From Mytilus trossulus (lineage: Eukaryota), in NCBI RefSeq assembly GCF_036588685.1, contig NC_086375.1:88164001-88228000 (forward strand): a DNA stretch of 64,000 nt, written 5' to 3'. Both the position numbers and the translations under genes were made by a program. The notes under the pieces are model-generated. The model searched no databases, was not told where the DNA came from, and worked only from the letters and a program-made list of their open reading frames with translations. Below are positions 1-11,896 of the stretch, in pieces. Numbering within the stretch: the first letter of the stretch is position 1; every line of letters starts with the position of its first letter.

Positions 1-329
1 TGTTTTACACGTACCACAAATAACATGCTCTGTAGATTTACAAATAGGACATGACTATACATGTGACGCTGGATTTTGGAAATAAACAAACAATACATGA
101 CAGGCAAGGAATATGAAAGTGAAATGATAATTTGTCTATATTTTTTTTTATCAAACGAAGGATCCTTAAATTATTCATAATCCCTGAAATTATATTAGGG
201 AATTTGTAGAATAATTATTAAAATGTTCAGTGGTTATGTTAAATCACTGTTTATTTTCAGGGATTATATATAATTACTAATGATTTTAGTAATTCTGCAA
301 ATTCCCTGAAAAATCAGGGATTCTACATA

Positions 330-3300
330 ACCTCTCTTCTGATACCAAATTTATCATTTTTGTTTGTTATCTACCACCCGAAAACTCATCTCGAGGAAGA
401 GATGCACAAAGTTTTTTTGCTCACCTTTAACTCGAGAATTGGTGCTTTATCAGAAACATGATGCTTAACAGAAAATGTACCGAAACGAGTTATTTTGGAT
501 AAAAGTATCAACCAGCATGGACATGAATTCGTTGAATTTTTAAATGAAGCAAAGTTCTGTGTTTTGAATGGACGATTTGCATTGAACGACAATTTTACTT
601 CGATATCACGCAATGCTTACAACTCAAGACATTGTTGACAATCAAATACTCGCTCCAAACACAGACTAGACAGGATTCCGTTAGATTTTATGTCAAGCGA
701 ATTAATTCGACAATTTTACTGAATCTTATCGGTCAAATTGAGCATAGTAGAGAAACTCAAGAAAAACGTTGACAAAATATATGACGATTTAAGCAACTTA
801 ATTATCGCAGAGATGGATGAGAATAATTCCTAAAACAAGTTCTAATAAATCCAACAGACGTTATAAGCATACGAAACCCTACTGGAATGACACTCTTAAA
901 AACTTATGGAATGAGATGCGCATGCGTGAAAAGGATTTTCTTGCGTGTACAGGGAATCGACACAGAAAACGGCTGTTCGACAAGAATTTATACAAGCAAG
1001 GGATAAATTCGACAAAACTTTGAGAAAAACAGAACGCGAATACAGACGATTAAAAGCTGTAGATATAGAAACAAAGTCAACAAAAAATCCAAGTGAGTTC
1101 TGGGAGAAAATTAAAAAACTAGGTCCGACAAAAGATATCACAATACCGATGGAAATAATCAACGAAAACGGAAATCCAGTCAGAACGGAATCCGATGTCC
1201 TTAAGAAATGGTGTTTAGATTTCCAGAATCTTTACAATGAAAGCAAAAGTGACGAATTCAACAAAGAACATTATGATCAGGCTATAATACACAAACAGTT
1301 ACTTGAACAAAACATGGAAGATCCATTATACTCGCAAAATGATCTGATAAATAATAACATAACTATAGAGGAAATAACAGATATTGTATTGCACTCACGA
1401 AACCGTTCCGCATGTGGATATGACCAAATTCTTACATTGTATTGAAATTCCCTTTGATTATAGAAACTCTACATCATCTGTTTCAGTTCATATTCGACAC
1501 AAGTATTATACCATTTATATGGAGGAAATCAATTATTTGTCCAATTCTGAAAGATTGTAACACTGATTCGAGAGACCCTATGAACTACAGAGGAATAAGC
1601 TTGTTGCCTTGTATAAGTAAACTTTACAGTGCACTTATTAATAGAAGAATCACGAATTATTTAGAAGATAATGACTTGTTAGCGGACGAACAAAACGGCT
1701 TTAGACGGAATCGTTCATGTGAAGACCATATTTTTACCCTCAATAGTGCTATCCGAAATAATGAGAACTTATTCGTTGCTTTTATCGACCTGAAAAAATG
1801 CTTTGATTTCATTGACAGGGAGATGATGCTGTACAAACTACTACGATATAACATTAATGGAAAGGTATACAACTCTATAAAAAAACTTTTACCAGAGTTT
1901 TGAATCCTGTGTGAAATTAAACGGTAAACTTACCAATTGGTTCTGTTGCGAAACGGGTGTAAAACAAGGGGACAAATTATCGCCGACATTGTTTTCGATA
2001 TTTGTTAATGACCTGGTGATGGAGTTAAACAATATGAATCTTGGAATTGGATTAAAAGACAGCAATCTCTCTATATTGCTTTACGCTGACGATATTGCGC
2101 TTTTGGCAAAAAATGAAAAGGACTTACAACAAATGTAAGACAAACTTCAGGACTGGTGCAAACGATGGAGAGTTTTGATAAACACAAGTAAATCGAAATG
2201 TGTCCATTTTAGAAAATCTAGAGCTAAACATACAAACTTTGAATTCAGCGTTGGTCGAAATAAACTTGAAAATGTTAACGAATACAAGTATTTAGGAGTC
2301 GTGTTTTCTTATAATGGAAACTTCTCAACGCATATTGAAGCATTATCAAAGGGATCAGGACGAGCATTGGGGAAAATAATATCAAGTATGCACCAGTTTA
2401 AAGAGTTCGGAGTTAAATCATACGAAAAACTGTTTTATGCCTGTGTATTGCCTATATTAGACTATGGATCAGGAATTTGGGGATGCCGTAAGTTCCAAGC
2501 TTTGGAGAATATTCAAAATAGAGCAATACGTTATTTCTTAGGAGTACATCGCTTTACACCCTTGCTGGCGATTAATGGTGATATCGGATGGCTACCTTGT
2601 CACTACCGACATTACATTAACATTGCCCGTCTTTGGAATAGACTTATATCGTTCGACGATCAGCGGATTACAAAACTTGCTTTCGAATTTGATAATGAGC
2701 GATGCCGAAACAATTGGTGCTTTGATTTTAAAGACATTCTTATTAATAAGCTTGATTTCGTCAGCCATTTTGAACGTAAGGAAATCGTCGATATGTCGTA
2801 ATTGGACTTACGATTACAAGACTTCTATCTATCTATGTGGAAAAGGGACATTATTAAAGTTTCCAAGCTTAGAACGTACATTAAACTGAAAACAATGGTT
2901 GAACAAGAATCATACATTAAACTGAATCTCAGCAAATCACAACGATCGTGCGTAGCACAATTACGTTGTGTAATTTTACCACTAAGAAAAGAGACTGGAA
3001 GGTACATTGGTGAACAACGAGAGGAACGCATCTGTAAATTCTGTACCGAAAACAAATTTTGTTCTTGACTGTTCGCTTTATACTGAACTTAAAAATGAAC
3101 ATTTCAAAGACATTATTTCAGATGTCAACTACTTGCAAATGAGCAATGACGAAAAACTTTATCATATCTTGATCAACTTTCCACGAAAAACTGCTAAATT
3201 TCTGGTGGACGCAATTAGGAAACGACGAAGTTGTATTCGGACAAGTTTAATTATTTATCAAAAACTTTAATTTATTGATGATTATAAAAAGGTTACTTCA

Positions 3301-3528
3301 ATTTTTCACTATTTTTCACTATTAATTAATTATTTTGAATTTAGCTTAATTTTAATTTTCATTATTTTGTTTGAAATCCGTGATAAAGAATTACGTTTAA
3401 TTTTTGAAAGTGAATTATAGACCCAATGGGTCGGGTGTATTTTTTTGTGTATATAATATATTGTACTTTACTGAAATGTGATTACACATGTCAATATAAT
3501 AAAAAATTTACTTACTTACTTACTTACT
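330..3528 (+). mobile_element. Degenerate, 5'-truncated non-LTR retrotransposon (LINE, RTE-X-like) with AP-endonuclease and reverse transcriptase remnants and a (TTAC)n tail
   Basis: Endonuclease motifs CYLPPENS, NSRIG and NQHG..CVLNGR lie at ~350-600. RT motifs NYRGISLL, DEQNGFR, FIDLKKCFD, GVKQGDKLSP, LLYADD and YKYLG are split over ORFs 1442-1903, 1911-2138 and 2175-2801. The C-terminal LPLRKETGRY..ERICKFC motif is RTE-X-like. The (TTAC)n tail is at 3508-3528. There are several stops and frameshifts. Confidence 0.93.
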
Positions 3529-4379
3529 AATCCCTGATTATACAAATTCACTGTAACATATATACGAGTCTAAATTGAAAACTACGTTCAAACCTATGAT
3601 TGCGTTGGATAAAAACCGCAATTTTTATACGTGTGCATGTAAAACAAATTTCGTTGTCGAAGGGTCTTAATAGTTATAGAACATTTTTCTCATGATATAT
3701 CTTTACCCGTAATGATATGGTTATTCTTATCATACGGTAGCTGTGGCTTTCCGTACACGTCGCCTGGGCATGTATTACTTATCGTGATTCTTATGTAATA
3801 GAAGAATACAAATAATATATAGAATAATTTATATCTTTATATAGCCACTTAAACAACAATGTTTCTAATCTTCCTTGTTGGCAGTTTGTCAATCAAACTG
3901 AAAGTTTATAAAATGAATTACGATTTGGTCTTCTAACATGTCTTTAAAATGGTCCAGGTGCATTGTATGTTTAGCTGATCAGTGTCAGAAGAAATATACA
4001 CCGAAATAGTATACAAGATACCCATCTGGAATCATGGATATCATGAAAATGCAAGATATGCTGTCATTGTGTCACTGTCAGTAATAATTGTATAATTTAG
4101 CTATATTTATCAAAAAACTATCTACCTTCATTTAGAAAGACGCATGTATCTTACAAATTTTAAGATCTTTTACACTTCAGTTATTAGTTACCTGTCTATT
4201 CTCTCATTTATTGTATTTGATTTGAAATTTGAATTTTCCTCATGTTACACATATTTTATATATAATGTATAAATAAAGAATGAATTGAGTGATTGTCACA
4301 TTATAAATTTGTTTTACATGATTTTTTATGCATAATTAATTATAGTTATTGAAAACCATTAACTCACTCTTATGCAGTT

Positions 4380-4710
4380 CGTTTGGAACGATTATAGTCA
4401 TTGGACGCTGAGATAACGGATACATCATATCAGTTAAGAATGCCACATAGCTTAACTTTCATCTAGAAATTGATAATGAGTGTTGGGTGATACAAAACTT
4501 GAAGACAAAATATGTAACTTCAGCTGCCTAATAGATAACTTTCAATTTCTATGTAGCTTTATTCCAGCAGCTCCCGCATATGCGGTGCATAAATCTCTCA
4601 GTTGATATGATATTCTATACTCATGTTATCTTACATGATTTCCTGCTCACACAGAAGGATTTGAACAAAGAGTTCTAAGTTGTGAAGTTAAAATCATCAG
4701 TTCGTAAATG
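4380..4710 (+). mobile_element. Penelope-like element RT C-terminal fragment (degenerate)
   Basis: The segment ~4537-4615 translates, with a frameshift, to NFQFLCSFIPAAPAYAV...SQLI. This resembles the Penelope-type NFPFLxSNIPxAPAYGVYISQLIRY motif. Confidence 0.7.
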
Positions 4711-5782
4711 ATGAAAATAATGAACTTAGAGGCAAATCAATTCGGAAAGTTCATAATCACATGGCAAAATCAAATAACAAAACATTTCAAAAAATATGTT
4801 CAAATTGTAAGTACAATCCCATCTCATTTCCATGTGACCTACCGAATTAAACTGATAACTGGATTTGTACTTACTAGTACATGAACTACAGGACGGGTGT
4901 CACATAGGGTGCAGGATGTGCTTTTACCCTTCTGGGGAATCTAGGATTACACCTAGTTTTAGTGGGATTGTGTTGTTCAGATTTTGGGTTTCTATGTTGT
5001 CAATATTGTGTTTTGTGTGCTGTTGTATGTCTGTAAGTCTGTCGGTCTTTGTCGTTTTAAGCCATGACGGTTTTAGTTTATCTTTAACTTGTGATTTTGA
5101 ATTACCATCTGGTGTCTGTTGCCTCAGGAAACATCCAAACAACAATCGAGTCATCTGAATTTACTTTTAAATGTCTATCAAATTTTTGTTGCAACTGCCA
5201 AGAAAATGCATAATCATCAAAAGAACATGGTCAGTTGTGGCATGTCTAAATATCCATAAAAATTCACCTCATTTATTAGACCCATATTAGAATTAATCGC
5301 ATCGCATTTATAGTTAGAATTAACCGCTTTCAATAATCAAAATTATAGATTCTGCTGCTTAAATTACACATAATTTGGACAAAGGTATATAACATAAAAA
5401 ACAAATAATCCACAAAGATTAACATTTAAAATCATGAGAGACTGTACAATTTATTTCCAAAATAAAAACGCATATATACAGGTATATATAATAACACAGC
5501 ATGTCATGAAATATTAAAAAACATTAAATAAAAATAAGGTAAGATTATTCAAAAGTATGCTTGAAATATTGAAACAGGTATTGGCATATCACTATTTATT
5601 AGAAATAATTAGGTACACACATGTTTGTTCATCCGATGAAAAAAAAGTAAAAATTGTTTGAAATATCAACCTAAATTCAACCTTCAATGTAGCACCACTA
5701 AATTCGGGTAAATAAATGCTGAGGATAATGAAGATAATAATAATAATAATATTATTATAAATATTGGTATCATTATTATATA

Positions 5783-7203
5783 TGTAAACCTCAGATCTAT
5801 GTACGACCTCAAATCTGTGTCCATTTCTTAATCTATGCCCCATCGTGACGTCAATCGCTAATCTATGCCCGTAAAAAAGATTCGGCCTCAAATCTGTGTC
5901 CGATTTTCAATCGTGACGTCATTCGCAAATCTGTGTTCGTTACAAAGATAAGGTGTAAAATCTGTGTAATGTTTTTTCCAATTTGTTTCGCCATGCGCAA
6001 ATTTATGCCAGTCTAATAAGTTCGGCATTATAGTTTTTTTTTATTTCATTTAGTAATTTCCCATAATTCAATATTAAATTGATGTGTGTTCTCCATGTAT
6101 GTGAAAAGCTGAATTATAGTATGCGTTTAAGAAAATCCGGCTAAATTATTTAGCTGGTATTTATAATATTGTTTCAAGTACGGTCGTACATGTATATGCT
6201 TTTTGTTTTATCAAGTCATTTTTCCATATGTGTGGTTAAAATCTTTACATGCGTGGGTTATTATTGTATGCCGTCTTTAAGAATAAAAGTACACATATTT
6301 ATTTTACTAAAAAAGACAGCCAAGAATGAATATTTGTTTGCAACTTCAACGTACTTCGTTATGAATTTGTTCATATCGCTGTTTCATTGACATTTATACC
6401 ACTTTATCTATGTTTTTCCTTGAGTACTAGCACCAAAAAATTATTCAAAATTGATAAAAAATAAAACGTTCTTTATATTTTTAATTGAAAAATTTGTGAA
6501 TCACAATAGAACATATATCAATTGTTTGGTGTTAGCTGATATCTACTTAGCTAAATGTAAAACTTGTAATAATGTCTTTGATAAAGAAAATATTTCCCCG
6601 AGAAGAATTATTCTTTATGTTTTGGCACATTTCTTCTCTCCAGAAACCAGATGTCAACACTGCAGTCCCTTTGTTTGTGGCTGGATTAGTTTAGAATTAT
6701 AAATATTCCGCAATAGTAGGAGTAAGTAAAGATATCCCGATAATTGTCAGAAAACATTTCAAAAAGATAAATCTCCAGTTGACGTTTTTGAAAATATTCC
6801 ATCAGTCCACCATTCATAACAGATTTTCCTCCGGTTTAAAAAAACAAACCATAAAGCAATTTTTAACCATGTGTATTAATAGATAAAATGTTAACCTTGG
6901 TTTTGTTATATAAACCACTTGTTCAATGTTCGTTCGGTGTGAGTTAATGCTCCGTGTTAAAGGTCGTACTTACACCTGTAATTGTTAACTTTTTATTGTA
7001 CTTGATGACGTTCTGTTATGTTTCACGTCAATGAAAGGACATAGATTTGAGCCAAACATGGCCATAGATTTGAGTAAATAAAGGACATAGATGTGAGACA
7101 CTACAGGACATAGATTTGGAACGTCTATGACGCAATATTAAAAAGGACATCTATATGCAGAAAGGACATAGATTTGAGGCCGGACATAGATTTGAGGCTT
7201 ACA
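5783..7203. mobile_element. Non-autonomous DNA transposon with ~20-bp TIRs, subterminal repeat arrays and TA flanks
   Basis: The left end TGTAAACCTCAGATCTATGT matches the reverse complement of the right end, TGTAAGCCTCAAATCTATGT. CTCAAATCTRTGTCC units repeat at the left end and GGACATAGATTTGAG units at the right end. TA is present on both sides. Confidence 0.85.
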
Positions 7204-8075
7204 TATATACCGATCAACTCTTTAATTTCTTAGGTGACAAATACGATTAAATATTTACTTACATTGAGACACGTTGTTATCACTTGATTCAGTATGCCAA
7301 TATTCATTTATGACAGCCAACCAATAAAATATAACGCCAACTAGCCCACTAACAAGCACAAGGACTTTTGATACTGTAATTTTCATATTTGCTAAACTAC
7401 ATATATACAGTGCAGTTTTAATGACAAATGATTCGTAGGTTAACGTTATTGTTTATTAAATTTATATTTTTAATTGCTTATACTACAATACTAGGGATTT
7501 AAAAAGAATAGAATCCTTTGAATTGTTTGTTTATGTCTTTTGTTAGTGTGTTGTACTACTATCCTAAATATTGCGCCTATTGCAGAATTCCGAGATAGAA
7601 TTCCGAGAAGGATAGGTTACGTCGGAATTGTCTCATAAAATGATAAGCTTATTACCCACAAAAGTATTTCATTCGATTAAGTAGATTTTTCGTTTGCGTT
7701 TTGTTTGTTCTATAGTATGTACTGTACTATTATCTGGGTCGTAGTACCAGAGGTAGAGAGGTTGGTTTGTCATACCACAACTTCTTTTTTATATTGGTCT
7801 TTAATTTGCAGTCCAAATCGAGTATTGTTTTTGGTTTGTAAACTTAGACATTAACCACATGGGTCAAAGTACTAAATAGAGTTTAAATATTTTTTATTCT
7901 ATGCATTTAGACCCTCATTAGTATTGGAGAAAGCCTTTAAGGCTTATTTGATACAGACAAACTCAACGTTTGCTGGCACACTATTCCAAGAGAATATTGG
8001 TCAGATTCCATTTTGAATTTCCATTGGAGTTAGGTAATTTTGTTTTTTGTTTTTAAATGACACTATATATATATA

Positions 8076-8968
8076 TATACAACTCGTCTAAACATCAACC
8101 CAACAATGTTAGATCTGTAAATTTGCTTTCGCAAATTTTTGGTTCTTCCCTAGCCAGGATTCGAACCCATGCTTCTGTGATATCGTGACACCAAATCGCC
8201 TGCACTACAGCCGTCCCGCTAGACCACACGACCACCTGGGCTCTCAAAAAAAGAGCTATCGCTGGCCATGTGTTACCTTTCCACGTCAGTTTTAATCTAG
8301 CGGCGTACTACAGTACATGATATATAAGGCATGAAGATGTTATTGTTACAGATCAGCTAAATTATCTGTAGTAAAGGATCCTACAAATTAATGTAAGATA
8401 CAGTCACAGAAAAAATTATATTCATAAGTACGTCTGAGTCAGTGACAACTCTACATAACGTTGAGTCGTTTGTGTTTTCTCTTATTTTTGAGATATTGAG
8501 ATAAGACGTGGCACGGTACTTGTCTATCCCAAATTCTTGTATTTGGTTTTGATGTTATATTTGTTATTCTCGTGGTGTTTTGTCTGTTGCTTGGTCCGTT
8601 TCTGTGTGTGTTGCGTTTCTGTGTTGTGTCGTTGTTCTCCTCTTATATTTAATGCGTTTCCCTCGGTTTTAGTTTGTTACCCCGATTTTGTTTTTTGTCC
8701 ATGGATTTATGAGTTTTGAACAGCGGTATACTACTGTTGCCTTTATGTATCCATCGGATCGCCATCAATGATGGTGATACATGGCTGTGTACATAATGTA
8801 TATACAACTCGTCTAAACATCAACCCAACAATGTTAGATCTGTAAATTTGCTTTCGCAAATTTTTGGTTCTTCCCTCGCCGGGATTCGAACCCATGCTAC
8901 TGTGATATCGTGACACCAAATCGCCTGCACTGCAGCCGTCCCGCTAGACCACACGACCACCTGGGCTC
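8076..8968 (-). repeat. Partial tandem of a ~440-bp unit containing a tRNA-like Pol III cassette, flanked by (TA)n and interrupted by another repeat at 8456-8744
   Basis: 8076-8243 is repeated at 8801-8968. The minus strand reads GCCCAGGTGGTCGTGTGGTCTAG (A box) ... GGTTCGAATCC (B box at 8157-8167 and 8882-8892). The same family occurs at 63235-64000. Confidence 0.85.
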
Positions 8969-9995
8969 GCATATATATACATCACATCATTCAATTCTTT
9001 CCTATGATATCGAACTCGTGAAAGGTCTAGGAGATCTGGGTATAACACGTATGCCCACTTTTACCTTTGATACAACGGCACATTTTGATTACCACTAAGC
9101 AATGCCTGAATGCAATAGTCAAGTTAGATAATGTGATATACTTTGTACACCCCCACGCTGATCTATGTACTCAGACTTTTGAAGGTCTTGGTTAGCTGTT
9201 GTAATATGATTACTACATATAGATAAGGGCCAATCTCTACTCTATTACTTTGGTCCTGGTAGATAATATTTTAGTATTGCAACAGTTAAGTTAGTGACAT
9301 TCAGGGTACCAACCCCTCAACTTCAAGAAAAAGAGAAAAAAGAAACATCCAATGCAAACAGAATCACCAAGTTATGTACAACTTAGATATGTGTATGATG
9401 CACGTTACACAGCATATAATTATGATAATACAATTTTCCCAACACAATCGCTTAAACAGAAACATCAGTAGTCTGCTATCTCGGAAATCCTGACATTTAG
9501 AGTAGTAATTTTTTTTTTTACTTTAAAATATGTTTTATTATCTCCTCAACCTCATCCTGCAAAACGCATCCACTTTGTAACGAAACAAACAAATTAAAAT
9601 AATGTAATCAATTGGGATAAATTGTTTGCATCAAAACCAGCTTTGGCTAGTTAATGATTGTTGCACACCATTGGACGCGTTTGGTGCTTTAACTGAATGT
9701 AAGAAAATAATGAACTAATAAACTAAAGACGTTTGTAACAAATATTAAGTTTACGTTAAAATTCCATTAAATTTAAAAAAAAGAAAAGAAAAAAGAGATA
9801 TTTTTAAATAAAAGTCACGGATGACCTAGCTCGTAATTCACATCTAAACACAGGAAATGATCCAGACTTGTTCTCATTTGTTTCAAAGAAAATATTTTTT
9901 TCTAAAAGAAGAATGTAGGCTACTAGCACTACTATTTGTATGCATCTATAGCTATGATTCACCAATGATTTTCTAAAAGTCGATCAATAGTTATT

Positions 9996-10059
9996 TATAA
10001 ATATAATCTTACCAGTTTGAAATGTTCTTTCGGTTTTAATGTACTTTCGATTTCAGTTT
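9996..10059 (+). promoter_or_regulatory. Putative core promoter of TNF-like gene 1: TATA box plus IRF/ISRE-like motifs
   Basis: TATAAATA lies at 9996-10003. CTTTCGGTTTT (10027-10037) and ACTTTCGATTTCAGTTT (10043-10059) read AAAACCGAAAG and AAACTGAAATCGAAAGT on the minus strand, resembling the GAAANNGAAA IRF element. Confidence 0.5.
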
Positions 10060-10084
10060 AAAATCAAAGTAAAGACAATGCAGG

Positions 10085-11896
10085 ATGCCATATATACTCC
10101 TTTCCATGTCGACCGGTAAATCTGAAAAGTATTCCAAGCATCCGTCATATACTACAGAGGGAAATAGTGAAAACAACAGCGCGTTTCTTAACAATTTTCA
10201 ATGTGAAAACATCGAGCCTAAAAGGAAAATCTCAAAATGTTGTTATGTTTGCATTTTGTCGATTATTTTGAATATAGTATTATTGATAGCCGTGTCTACA
10301 GCAGGGGTAGCTTTGCTTAAATCAAAATCAGACGTTAACAGGCAGAGAATAAAAAAGCCGTCGGAAGATTTCATACTTGTTCCGTGTGAACGAAATCCTA
10401 CAAATGGACCGAGCTTTCAAAATATCCAATACTGCCACAAAACATCGGACCAAGCAGTAAGGAATTTACTAACACTGGTATGTATAACTTATACAAGCAT
10501 TCTTAACATCAGTTTTTACTCTATCAAGTCTTTTAATTAACGTGAACAAGCTAAGGAATCTTCACATGCAAAATTATTTTAACTAAGGATTTGACTTGTT
10601 CAAACTATTCAAAATTTGTGTATTGTGTTTAGCGAATTCTTATTCATTTAGACTGTTGATACATTTACAAAATGAGATCCAACATAATTCAGAAAATCTA
10701 CCGTATATAATAGAGTATTTCGATTTTGATTTTATATCTTTATCTCAGTGTTTTTGTTTTATTTCAGCTGGGTCACATTACCATCGACAGTTTTTTTGTG
10801 CCGCTCTGCCTTGTCGATGCTAAGAGACAATATATACAATATATCATGACGTTTTCTTTATTTTCAGTTTACTACAGAGTACATCGGCCGAAGAAATTTA
10901 AGCGAAGAGCAACTTTATAAAGATGAAAACCGCCCTGTTCTTCGACAAAAACTTGGTGAATTATATTATTTGTGGAAGAATAACGCATCAGGTAAATATA
11001 AACATCAATATGAAGCTGGCTTATTCTTTTCAAAAAATTATTTATTTTTTCACTTTTGTTCAAAATTATTTTGATGTTATTTAACAAAGCTAGTAGCAGA
11101 GGACAGACGTGGACTGAGTGGGACAGGGGCCGGCATCCGCTTATGGAGCTATTCAAATGATGAATTAATAGACTATACCAGTATCACTCCGAACGGTGGT
11201 TCTTCACCTTCAACATGTTAGATTCGTATCGTGAGAACAATCGCTCTCGACCTTTTGCAAGGTCTTAGATGTGGTGTTTGTCCTTCAGCACAACATACAT
11301 GATAACAAAAGTCATATCGATAAAGAAAAAGTAGGGGCAGCACGAAGACCTTATACTTTAGTCCATTAGAATATTATCTGTTTTTTTTTTAACTGAACAT
11401 CGCAACACGTACTCACCAATCGAACAATTAAACAAACGTCTTAAAAACATCATGTACGTATCATGATACTAGTAACTAAGTTGTACAAATGATAATTTGA
11501 ATAAACAATTGTATTGCAGAAGTAACACTGATGACTTCGAAGCACACGAGAGAAGAAAGCCGCCACAACAGCAAAACATCTTTGACAGTACAATCTGATG
11601 GAAGTTATATTATATATGTGTCACTGCAGTATTGTTTCAGAGTAATCAACCAGACATCTGATAATGGTATAGTGTCTTTGAAGATTGTTCGACATGCTGG
11701 AAACAAAAACGATGTATTATTTCACAATGATGTCCATTATAGGAGTGGACTTCTATCTTTTATTCCAGAAAATATCTTACTTCCCGTGAATTTGGCAAAG
11801 GGTGACCAGCTATCCTTGCACGTCACAAATATACCAAATCTTTACGCAATGAAAATTAGCAACGTCTTTGGGTTACAGGAAATCAGACAATACTAG
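10085..11896 (+). CDS. TNF superfamily ligand-like protein 1 (type II membrane protein, ~297 aa; exons 10085-10477, 10868-10991, 11520-11896)
   Basis: Exon 1 has a TM segment (CCYVCILSIILNIVLLIAVSTAGVALL). The GT-AG introns are phase 0 and 1 and join in frame (894 nt). The last exon has THD motifs LTVQSDGSYIIYVSLQY, VNLAKGDQLSLHV and SNVFGLQEI. AATAAA is at 11992-11997. The start codon is uncertain (see findings). Confidence 0.88.

Noticed and set aside
8141-8243. Functional tRNA gene
   Set aside because: A and B boxes are present, but no convincing acceptor stem or anticodon arm could be folded, and the sequence is part of a multicopy repeat.
8245-8295. Hammerhead in the tRNA-cassette repeat (CTGACG..GAAAGC-like on the minus strand)
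   Set aside because: The core is CTGACGT rather than CTGANGA, and there is no UH cleavage triplet after the putative stem III.
8537-8719. Hydrophobic Cys-rich short ORFs (also 4865-5158, 54203-54547)
   Set aside because: They are GT-rich strands of dispersed repeats, not genes.
10768-10920. Alternative acceptor and ORF 10726-10920 as exon 2 of gene 1
   Set aside because: A phase-0 join reads into a stop at 10918-10920. The acceptor at 10867 keeps the frame through to the THD.
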